This document shows, in pieces, positions 1 through 12,200 of a stretch of 64,000 nucleotides of DNA. Numbering within the stretch: position 1 is the first letter of the stretch; each line of letters opens with the position of its first letter. Location of the stretch: the NCBI GenBank assembly GCA_030141605.1, contig JAQGDQ010000045.1, forward strand, positions 248,001 through 312,000. Reading direction: 5' to 3'. The translations under genes and the position numbers were made by a program. This DNA comes from Tubiluchus corallicola (taxonomy: Eukaryota; Animalia; Priapulida). The notes under the pieces are model-generated. The model was not told the DNA's origin, made no database searches, and saw only the letters and a list, made by a program, of their open reading frames with translations.

Positions 1-186
1 GAAAGCTTAGCTTGTTGTTCTCTATAATGTTATATTGATTCACAGCTCAGCAATTTGTGGAAATTTTCCATTTTCTGCTGATAAAACTCTCGCCACATTT
101 TTCATTATATTATAATTGGCTCACTTTTGTTGACACATCTTGTCATCAGATTTTCGCAGATTAATTTATATTTTGCTGTTTTACAG

Positions 187-286
187 ATGCTTGAAGAATT
201 CATTAGCAAAACATTGGAATTGTTGGAGAAGTTGGACCAGATCAAAAAGGAAATGAGTGCCACTGAATTATCAGAAACTTTGGACG
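187..286 (+). CDS. trio: trio exon 1 in window ([33 protein letters not shown]), Sec14/spectrin junction
   Basis: ttacag acceptor, G|gtatta donor (phase 1). Resembles human TRIO AFEDYISNATHMLSRLEEL region. Confidence 0.85.
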
Positions 287-3200
287 GTATTAAACTGTTT
301 GTTTTTATGATTATATTAATTTATTTTGATATAATTACTGAAATCAAAAATTTCACAAGTTATTATTTACAAACGCGAAGCTAGGACGGGTACACCCTGT
401 GTGACACTTTTCAGACGATAGCACTTTGACCAAGGGCACTCAAACAAAAAGTTTTTTCCTTACAGAACAACAGAAAGGCAGAACACCTGAAAATTTGCAC
501 AAAAATGCCTCATACAATACCTCCCGCCAATTGCGACCAAGAATAATTAGTAATTTAATACCTTTTTAATATTTACAGAATTTTTCTTTCCTTTCAAAAT
601 TTCCGTGTTGTACCGTATATTTGAGTTCACCGTGAAATACATTTAAAATCATGCTCTTTCCTACTTCCCGCATTGACGTTTTGAAAAAGTATTGTAACTT
701 TTGAAGCTCACAGGGAGAATTTATTTCTTATGTTTTTCATTAATGCTTTATTGTTTTGTGAATATCCACAAGTTATCACAACTGCAAGGCAACACTGTTA
801 AATTTTCTAAATCCAAAATCTTCTTATACAAGATTGCCATATTGTTATTTTTCGTTTTGGGGGGAGGGAAGTTGGGAGGTGTTGTCAAACACAAGCGTCA
901 CATGTTCTATCTATGTCACAACTGAATAATGCAGCATTCCAGCAATCATATTTGGTGTCTTGTAAAGGAGCGTTTCTTTGTTCTTTATTGTGCCCTTAAT
1001 GTAATACTACAACATGCTGTCAGAATATTTACTTACTTTAATCTGCTCACTCAGTTTTCATTTTCTATGATGCTGAAAGATTACCAGTTCAAGTGTTCAG
1101 TTTAAATTGCGCCAAGTATAAAATTATTATTGGAAGGCAAGATGCCCAACTTAGCAGTAACTAAGTAGTAGCAGCATGGCATATTTAATAAAAGAGTTCA
1201 TGCAACCCATACTGTTTGTAGGATAACTACTACGCACACAGTATAATTACACAGTTGAGATGATGGTACAATTATCTAGTATTTGCAAAAATTTGGCTGA
1301 GAAAAATCTAAGAGATTTAGAGTCTTTACCTTAGTTTGTACATGTGGTATCTACGACGACAACTGCTGCTGCTGCTGCTACTGCTACTACTAGTACTTTT
1401 ACTCTGTTACTACTACTATAACTATTACTTGCAGGTGCTAAAACTATAATAGAATCGCACAATCAAGCCAAGAAAAAGTTATTAAAGGCACCAGTGGAAC
1501 AACTTGATTTGGAGGGGCAAGGTGTTTTGGAGAAGCTTAGTCCTCATTCTGCTACTGAAGGTTTGCACTAATACATTATTTCTTACAAACATTAGCAAGT
1601 TCGTTTTTTTTTAAATTCACCATATTATATGACATGTAATCGAAGTTTGTCAACCATTGGTCAATTGAATTTGACCATTACCTGTTACCTATACACTTCC
1701 AGGTGGTACCTACACCTTATTTTCCCATATTGCCCTGTTGATGGCAACAACTACTTTATTCCACGTCTTCCATCTAGCTAGTGCCCTCTTTTTCTGGAAG
1801 GTTTGTTTCCAGATTGTGTGCAATCTTCTGTTTCCTCTTTTTTTTCAGGAGCCCATCTGATTGCAGTAACAGAGTCTGACTTGACCAGTGGTTTATGGAA
1901 AATTCATTTTAATTCTTTAAAAGTGCACTTTCTTATTCTAATAGGCAGTAAATTTTCAAAAAATGTAAACATTTTACCCAGAAAACTCCATTAGTTTTTA
2001 GTTATTAGTTATTAGACACGGTGATGCATTGAAATATTGTTAACTGACATTGTGAACAAAAATTGGCTCCTTTCAAGTCTCTCTTAAATTCAACTGCCCA
2101 GTCTTCACCTTAAATAAAATTTGAAATCCTTTTGTTCTTAATAGTTCTGACTAATATGCATATGATTTCCTGTTTTTGTAAAAGTTGTAATGATTCCTAT
2201 TCACTCATGATGTGAAGCTTTCTTTCAGGCAAAATAGAAGCAAATTCTATGCTATTGGGCAATGCTGATTTCCACAGTGCAATACCACAGGTGTCACAGC
2301 TCATTGAGAACCTCCACACAAATCGTAAACAGCTTCACCATCAGTGGCATGTCAAGAAGTTGAAGTTGGATCAGTGCTTTCAGTTACGACTTTTTGAACA
2401 AGATGCTGAAAAAGTGAGTAGTTTTACCCCGAGGCATTCAACTCCCTTCATGAGTTGTGTTATAAGATGTAGATCTTAATTAAAGATAAGTGAATGGATC
2501 ATAGTTAACCTCAGTATACACAGTTGTTTTGGGCCATTGCAGAATTTATATACCAAATTGATACAATTATTTTTTTCATAGAAATGATTACTTACATTAC
2601 TACCGAAAAGCGCCTTAAAATGAAAAGCATTGACAACTTTCTTTCACTAAATATTTTCCATTTTTCTCATACATTACATTTCAAGTGCGGTCGTAATTCA
2701 AAAAAATTACTGAACAAACCAATGGAAATGAATGTATTTGTAACTTTGTTAGAAATGAAAATAATCCTAGCTGAATTTCGTGGCGTGCTAGGTGATCGGA
2801 GTAGATGATTTGCCACAATATGTGTTTGGCTAAATTCTGCTAGTTGCATGCTTCCGCAAATTCTGTTCTTATATAGAAACTGTTTAAGGTGTATTTTGTT
2901 ATATGATCATATGAAATTGTCCATCGGTACCAATGAGGTGCAATTTACATTTGCTGTCATGCTAAAGTTAATGACTATGAGTTATTTTTAGCAGCACTTG
3001 CTACTATTTTTTGTACTTATGTAAATCACAAATGCAATAGTGTTCTTGATAAATTTGAATATTTTGTTAATCGCTTTTAAGCATTTATATGTTGAAAGTT
3101 TATGTTTGGTGGTAAACTTTCGAAAAGCCTCTCTGTGACACTTGAAAACTTCTTTCAGATGTTTGAATGGATTGCTCACAACAGAGAGTTGTTTCTAGTC

Positions 3201-6200
3201 AATTACACAGAGGTGGGCGAATCTTACCAAGTTGCCAAAGAACTGCAGGATGAGCACAATCATTTCGCCATGACCTGCATGGTAGATTTTCTGATACCGT
3301 CATAATCTTTTTGACACAGTGATTGATAATTCATTTTCCATGATTAACAATTCTGCATTTAGTTTTAGCTTGTGAAAGTTATCTCGTGGATGGTATTCCT
3401 GATAATAAAGCATTAATATTATTTTCAGTTTTACATGTCAAGGAAAATTAGTCTTTTCAATTTGTATGTTGTGTCTGTTTTTTCTTTAAGTGCGAAGTGA
3501 AGGATGTTTGATAATGACTTTTCAATTATAGATTATAAATGAATCTATATAAATGACCCAAAGTCTCTGCTATTAATATACAGCACAATTTTCAGAAGTT
3601 TATATGTTTAATATATATAGTTTCTTTTGAGTTCTGTATTAGAAACTAAGCATATTATGTTTTTGTAGATGAAATTATATCCATTCTATGTTTTATTTAT
3701 TTGTTAATAGCCTTGTGATGTTTAATTAAAAAACTACTTAACTGAATAATCGAAAGTAGTTGCCAGTAGAGGCATCTTAATATTGAGTCAAAAATCTTTG
3801 CAGTTGGCCTAAGTTAATAAAATATTGTAAAAATTTAGCAAACGTGCATCATTTTTACAGAATGTTTATGTGAATATTAATCGAATAATGACGGTAGCAA
3901 CGCGGCTTATAGAGGCAGGACATTACGCCATTCATCAAATTAAAGTCATAGCTGCCAAACTTGATCGTGAGTGGAAGACATTTGCTGCGGCCATCGACGA
4001 TCGAAGTACGGTTCTAACCATGTCTGTGATGTTTCATAAAAAGTCTGAGCATGTAAGTGTTTGACTATTAGAAATTAGAAAAAAATTAAGATACAATAGT
4101 GATTTTTAAGGTTTTGTTAACTGTGCAAATCATCATCACCATCATTATCATAATATTTTATCACCTCAGCTGTAACTACTTGTTTTTACGGATGTCCATG
4201 CCATTGATAAGTTTTTGAGAAACGTGTTTGTATTGAGTTTGTTAGTTGTTCTGTGAAACTAGATTCAGCATGAAAGGAAAACTGTGAAAAATAAACAAAA
4301 AATAAAAACTTCATTTTAATAAAAATGTGGCAAGTGCTAACTTTAAATGTTATAAGATTATACAGACAAACACACAATTATGCCAGTCTTGAAGTTTCTA
4401 TTGTGCTGTTACTGGAAGTTACAAATAAGCATTACAAACTCAAACGAAACTAAATTGCTCATCACATTTAGATGATTTATGCAATTATAAACTATCAGAC
4501 GCTAATTCTGAACTTTTTTCGTTTTTTAGTATCTTGCAAATATTGACCACTGGCTAACTCAGTGTCATTGCGAGGAACTCTGCACAGATGTCACTGTCTT
4601 AGAGGAGATGATACATCAACATCAAGGGCTTTATGAAAATGTCACTCAGTATTACACTGAGGTAATGTGTTAATTGTTAGCACTGTGTTTTGCATTTCTG
4701 AATTGTAATTACTAAAGAAGTGTTATTTTTTTCATTAAACATAGCAGTCTAGTTGTTTTCTAAAGAAAGGTTATGAAATTCAATGTAATTATGCATACTG
4801 CATAAGTTAACAAATCATTTTCATTTTTTGATGTTTTTGTTATTGTTTTTAATCAGAAAGTTCTTGCTTTGTACAAGCACTGTCTAAAATTGTTATCAAA
4901 CTAATACTTTCATGAAACTTGTTTGCAATAACTATCAGACTGTTTAACTTATACCTTTTAACTATGGTGCAAGATGACAAGAAAGCAAAGTCTGTTTGCC
5001 TGCTGCTTGATGGTTTGATTTTGAAATGAATTTTGGCAAGATTTTGCCACTAACGTTATTTAGTAGTTGCTGATCTATAATCAGCAGCCTCAAGCATTTA
5101 TTGCTGAGGTCATTAAGTGTGATTTGGACAGTCCTAAGGTATGTTAGAGAAACATCACTGTTTGTTTTATGCTGTTTGACTAGTTTAATAGCCTATTACC
5201 CGCAAAACCGTGGTAAGCATTATAAAAATCATTTGCTTTTTTGAACTGTTGGCAGTGTTGTATTTCATCTACAGTTTTTCTAACTAAAGCCAAAACTGTT
5301 TTGTATCTTGTAAACTAATTTTGACATTAATTTTCTCATTACATTTATAGTTATATAATGGATTTACTATAGATGTTTAACTGAGTTGTGTTTTTGCCAC
5401 AGTTTACTTTATGGAGTGTGTGTGTGTGCGCTGCTATCTATAACAGCATGGCATGTGTTTTTTCAGGCCAATCACTACTCGCGTAAGTTGATGCAGATGT
5501 TGCGGTTACTTGTGCGTGCGTGTTGCAGTCCGCCGTCTTCCAGTACTGACAGTAGCCCAGATCATGTAATAATATGGATGTTGTCTTTTTTTTTGTAAGA
5601 GAATTTTGCTGGATGTGTTCCATCTTAATATTATCAAACAATTTTGACCTATCACTGAACAGTGATGAATTTAGAGCAAGCAACAATTAGAAGTATTTGT
5701 CCTTAATATTTTGTAGATTTGTTATTATTGTTGCATGCTACATTCTAGCAACAAATTTTATACAATTTATGCAAACTGCTTTGGTTTTATTATTACTTTC
5801 CAATTCCATGTAACTTTGCATTGAAATATTTTACTGACATGTTGAGGCATCCAGCAAAAACTCTTATCTGTTCAATGTCATTGTAGTCCTTTGTAGTTTT
5901 ATTAACTTCAACTGTTGGTTTTGTGGACTTTTAAAGATACTGCTTTCTGTGATTGTAAAAAGAAAGTAAATGCTTCCTGTGGTTTCCATTACTTCAGCTA
6001 AGCAAAAGCATATAAATGAATTTGGAAAGTACCGTAGGTTGTTGTTGCACTTTTTCTCCTTTCCTTTGTTTCTGTTGCTTTTGCATGACTTCGGCTTTGA
6101 TGCACATGAAACTGTTTCTCTTTCAGGACCATTTCTTTCTTTATTTTCTTATTCTTTTGTTTCAGATGGCACTTCTTTCATTGCTTTTTCTTCATATTGG

Positions 6201-9200
6201 GATTTACAAAGAATGCATTTTTTACTAATATTGGCAGTTTTTTCATTACAGACGTGTTCGGATGGAAAACTGTTATTGGAGTCACTGCAGCAGCCTTTGC
6301 GACACACATCAACGTCAGCAATGTCAGCTGCTGCCCAGGATTACACGAATTCTGCGACTCATGTTCTTGATATGCTGCACGAGATTATAGCTAGACATCG
6401 GCAGTTTGAACAACACTGGCACAACAAAAAAGTAAAGCTGCATCAACGTCTAGGGCTATGCTTATTTCGGCAAGATGTTCAACAGGTTGGTTAATTATAA
6501 CTTTTTGCGCTTCTTCTAAGTAGCTTGTTTGTAAGAGAACAGTTGGAACTGCGGACTGCTATAATCATATTACAAATTAAACCCTCTCAAATGTGGCAGA
6601 CATTCAAGTTTCAAGGTTGTCAAAGGAACAGGTTTTAAAACTTGCTTGTCTTTAGAAGTAATGCCATTTCTATTGCTTGGTTCTTCTTTAGGTCTTATCT
6701 CTTTATTTTTATTTGATTTTGCTAGTTGCAGATTAGTGATTTACCTATTAAATTGAATTTAAAATATCTTTATTGGAGTTTAAGCAATTGGTAATCGAAA
6801 TATTGAGTTTTCTGTCATTAAATCGTCTCATAAACCTGTTTAGCTATTTCAAAATTGGAATGTAAAAATGATGTATGTGTACTAGTTTAAATATATTTCT
6901 GTGTAAGAGAACATCGCAAAAGCGCGGGAATGTTAACCTATTTCCAGTTTTGCCATACTTACCAGTACCTACTTGTATCATACTACTTTGGGCTCCTATT
7001 TAGCTGTCTGGATTGCTATCATTTAGCATGAAAGGCTTTACTAAGATCTTCTAATATAAGAGAAAGTATGCCTAATTACACCGTTTGGAATGTTACTCAT
7101 GCGGGCTAGCTTAGGTGATTAGATCTCTTGCTAAATTGACTGAACTATTGCGAGTTCAAATCTCAGCTGACTGTTCTAATTTGGTGTCATGTTTTGACAA
7201 AACAACTTCTTGGCTGGTTTGGCTTCTACAATACACTGGTGATGCTAAGAGAAAGAAGTACTTTTAACAGGCAGTGAAAGCTTTATAAACTAATTACGTG
7301 CCTCCAATTTCGTATTGCACAACAAATAAAGGATTAATTCCTTCTCCAAGCTAGACTATTGCACAAACATAGAAAGGAGCACTTTGTGTAAAAATATATT
7401 CTGCACTTTGCTCTTTTGGCTTACTCCTTTTTTCTAGCACAACATGCAGTAAGCTTAAAATAGTCACAGTTTAAAATAGAAACTTTTAAACTAAACATGC
7501 CTTTCTATGTTTATGATTTTCATGTTTATTGACATTTACAATACTTTCATTAGAAAGCGAACTAGTTCAAATCAATATTTTGGGGTATTATTTTACACAC
7601 TAGTAGCCTGTACATAAAAGTAGCATTTTCATATCAGAATTTTCTAGAATATGCCTTCATGTTTGCAGGTATTAGATTGGTTGGAAAATCACGGTGAAGT
7701 GTTTTTACGGAAGAATATGGGGATTGGAAAATCACTGCAAAGAGCAAAAACACTTCAGAAAAGTCACGAGCATTTTGAAAATGTCGCTCAGGTAACATGC
7801 TAAAACACTAACTCATATGAATGTGCAGGATGCTTAGTTTCGGAGAAAATTTGTGTGTTTAGCACACGGCATGCCCAAATGTTTAATGTTGGTGCAAATG
7901 TACAGCGTCTTTTGATGCCTTAACTGAGCAATTTAGTGCTTAAGGTATCTGCCTTTAAATGGCTCAGATACATGTATCAAAAAGACAATTGTGGCATTCA
8001 AATTCTAGTTGTAAAACTGATAATTATAGTAGAATTGAAGATGCTCAAGTCCTTAAATGATCCTTCGTATGTATCGAAGATAATCCCATTGCTGTAGCCT
8101 GTTGGTGTGTACAGTCTTGTAAGCTATGCATTTTAAGGCTCCTTCAACAAAAAAAGAAGATGGTTAATGGCAAAATGTCTCTTTTTTATCATGTGTTTAT
8201 TCAGAATGTTTCTTCTAGAAAAATTATTATACTATATGATTTGTCCATTTTGGCAAAATTTAAAAGGGATTTTGTTCGTAAGAGTGGCTACTTAATTGTG
8301 AAATGGATGGAATAATGCTAAACTAAATTCCCTATATTAATGTATATTGCATTGATCAATGCTATTTTGCAGCTTAATGTAGACGAGCATGTAATAGTCC
8401 ACGTACTGAGTGTAGAATACCTTTTGCAAAACACAATAGAATGATATTCGTGTTTGTATTTTGCAGAACACTTTTACAAATGCTGACAAGTTATTGCAAG
8501 CGGCAGAAGAATTGGCACAAACCGGTGAATGTGATCCAGATGAGATATATGCCGTTGCACACGAGCTTGAGAGCCAAATACAAAGGTTCCTTGCACGTGT
8601 AGAACAACGTCGCATGCTACTCAAAATGTCCGTCTCTTTTCATACGCATACAAAGGAGGTTGGTTAAAGTTAATAAATATCTCTTACCATTTTATGCTTA
8701 TATTTTATCATGTATTCGTCTAAAAGTTTACTTTTGTTTCTGTGCTGTTGCTACCATTTAAACTCCTGTTTATTATGTAGAAACTCATTTTAGCTTAAAT
8801 AAATTATCCAGAGAACACCATACCAAAGCGATGTTCCGAACAGTTGGTCGAGAAAACATAACTTGCACCTTGCATATTTTTGTTTCCGGACAGCTTACGG
8901 CTTGGTATGATGACTTAAGGCAGGAGTTGCAGTCAACTGAGATTGCCGATTCAGTTGAAACAGCCGAGCAGTTGTTGAATCAGTTCCACCAACAGCGTGA
9001 TGCAACTATTGATGCTTCTATTAATACCATTAGTGAAGGAGAAAGTTTGCTTGAACAATTGCAGTGAGTTTTTTCTGTTTACTGAAATGACTTAAATGAG
9101 AGATATTTTAATTTCAATAAAATTCTTTTTACTTTATATTACAATATAATATTGTAAAATATATAATAGAATGTTTACACTACTGTAAAAGACTTCTGGC

Positions 9201-12200
9201 GAGTTTCTGATGGGATCCATAAGAGATGGTTCTAATTGTTTTGTTGATGTTATAAAGATTTTTTAAACGACTATGTACATATTAAACTATTTCTGAAGCT
9301 TTATATTTTGAGTTGGTAACCTTTTCCGTTTGGTTCACAGGTTAAGGTACACCTTTACATGTGTGCGCTATGTGTGATAGGTGATACATAATGCATATAC
9401 ATCAATTTGTATGTAACTGCGTAGAGGTGTTTCCATGTAATGTTTATTCCATGATCTGAATTCAGACAAACGTAATCGCTATCATCCGAATACGCATCAT
9501 GCTGCATTGCCTTACTGTAGAATTCATATGCAGCTGGAAGTTGCCATTGCCTAGTTGATTTAGGGAGTTTTGAAGTTTTCGTTGACCATTCTCATTTATT
9601 AGCTTTCTGGTCAGGTGAGTTTTGGTCACATTAGGATTTACACACAATATTTCTTCCACTTGAGTTTTTGAAAGGTGGAAGAAGCCTATAATATGTGATA
9701 TTATTCTCTCCACAGTGAAATGTTGTGTACCCAAAATCTGGAGGATCACGGATAATGTGGATCATGGTTCACGTATCACGCATTATGCATAAAAGTCCTA
9801 CCTTTACGCTGGCTGACTTTTTGCAGCCCACACTATCATTACATTTCTTTTAACAGAAATACTGGAATGTGTGAGGATTCAACATCTAGTTCATCGTATG
9901 ATAATGTATCAGAAATGCTGACGCAATTAAACGAGACCCGGTCACAGTTAGATGAATTGTGGTCTGCTAGGAAACTCAAGCTGGAGCTTTCTTTACAGCT
10001 AAGACTATTTGAAAGAGATGCATTAGAGGTAACATTTCTAAAGATTTGCAATTGTTTATTTTTATATTTGCAGTTTGATTTTCAGCTGTAGACATTTTCT
10101 AAAGTTTGTGTTGCTATGACTAGTAACTAATGGCTGATCGGCAATAAAATGAGTTTATGTACGCTGCCTGTGATTAGGTGGCACTCGTAGATTCTGTTAC
10201 ATCTGATTAAACAGCATCTTTTGTTGATATTAATTAAGTATACCTAACAAAATTTTAAGATAAAATTCTTTTTCTTACTAAAAGTTTATGCAGTGAACTC
10301 AATGTTTGTTTTATTTCACTTTTCATTTTGTGTTATTGGTTTTCATTATAAGTGTAGAAACATGTAACATGTATAGTTGCTTTTAACAGAAGCGAAAATA
10401 GATTATATTGAGCAAATGAGACAAGAAATATGAAATGAGCAGTTTTTGATAAAATAATCATTTTTTCATTGTCCAAGACTATGTTTTTGGCTTGCATTGT
10501 GCTGAGCGTGTTTTGTTTTTTGATAAGGATTGTCGGAACTTTGCATAAAGAATAGCTTTTTGAGGAACCAGTTTTTCTCAATTTTATTGCTTTTATTTTT
10601 TGCAGCACTGGTGTCATGTCTTAGGAATGTTATTAGTTACAGTAATATTTGTTGATTCTATATCTCCAGTAACTGACATTAACAGCATAAATGATGTTGG
10701 TTTATTGATTCTTATTAAAATTGATAATAAAATGGAACTAAATTATATACAATATTCCCGTTTAACATTATTTAGTTGTCATCACAACTAGAACTTTGGT
10801 CAGAGGAACTTCAGCATACAGAAATCAGTGCAGAGCTTGGAAAAGCAGAGCAGATGTTGACTGTTCACATAGACAGTGTTGGCCACATGCAGAGCAGTAC
10901 CTATGAAGTTTTGCATAGAGGACAGGACTTGATTCAAGTAAAGTTTTTCAGCATTTTCTTTAAAACTGTTTTGCAACTAATGTCGCTGAAGAATCTTAAA
11001 ATTTAATTTCTTATTTTTTAGGAATGTTTCAGTGCATGTCAGAAATGTAAAAAATGGTTATCTTGATGCCAACAGTATTTTAAAACTTCTTACAAGCCTT
11101 CAAGTAAATTTTGTGGTAAAAGGTGAAGTTGACTGTGAAGTCTATTTCTAAAATTTCACCCTTTGTTTAGGCATTGCTTCAACAGTGATTATGTCTTTAG
11201 GTAATAAAACAAATTACTACGCCTTATTACTGTCAATCCAAAATTTACGAAGTATTTAAATTGGACTTAGGTTTTTGAGAATACCGGTGTGAAATTAATG
11301 GCAGATGAACAATACGATGCTCCTACTCGGATACGAGTGCTACTTGAGTTTCTCCATGAAAGGGAAGCGGACTTGGAAGACATGGCCGAGATGAAAAGAG
11401 TGAAATTAGAACAATGTGTCCAGTTACGTTTATTAGAACAAGAAGCTAAACAGGTATGCTTTTATGCACATTTCTTGAGATTATTATTATTTATTTTTTA
11501 TCTGTTTAGGATGTAATCACATTAGAATAAAAGAAAAATAAAAAATAAAGGATAAAATCGAACATAAAACTACAAAAGCTAAATAATATACATGATGCCT
11601 ATATACAAATGATAGGACATGTGCAAAGTACAAGTTAAAAATAGTGATTATAGAAAAGAACATCAGGCTCTGGGCTACATAAAAGAATGTTTATAAAAAA
11701 GAATATAGTCATTGCACAGACTAGTGGATCATCATTAACTCTCACTGAGAGATTATACCAAATATTTCAGAATTTTATTACAGAAGAAATTTTTGAAACA
11801 TCAAGGTTACAGCATCTAGCTAGCAATGTAGGTGGCAAGTGAAGATTTATTTTCTGCTATGTGAGCTTCAGTGAATTTTTTGTTAGCTTTTCATGGGTTT
11901 TCACAAATTACTTCCTTGTCAAACTGACTTATAAATTTTGTTTTATAAATTCATCAAAAACATTTGATGAAGTGTCACATGAGTCAATTGAGTGACACAC
12001 TGTTTATAGTAGCATGTGATATACTGTCTATAGCATGACAATTGATGACAATTTTTTTCTGGAAATTTAGGCACTCTTTTTCATCACCACAGATTTTTCA
12101 AATGTGAAACACTTGTTGGCTTTTATATTTTATTTCTGTAGGTTGTTAGTTGGATACGAAATGGTGAAGCCATGTTGAATGCTACTTTTTCTGTTCCAAA

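Noticed and set aside
382-720. Possible DNA-transposon end (TAGGACGGGTACACCC...) in intron 1
   Set aside because: It looks repeat-like, but I found no matching inverted terminus or TSD.
5970-6251. Long ORF extension upstream of exon 7
   Set aside because: T-rich intron sequence giving a low-complexity Phe/Leu/Ser peptide. Homology to Trio starts only after the acceptor at 6251.
8337-8624. Antisense ORFs over exons (also 9839-10051, 12123-12341, 16742-17005, 23121-23417, 60174-60455)
   Set aside because: Shadow frames of the trio exons with no independent coding signal.
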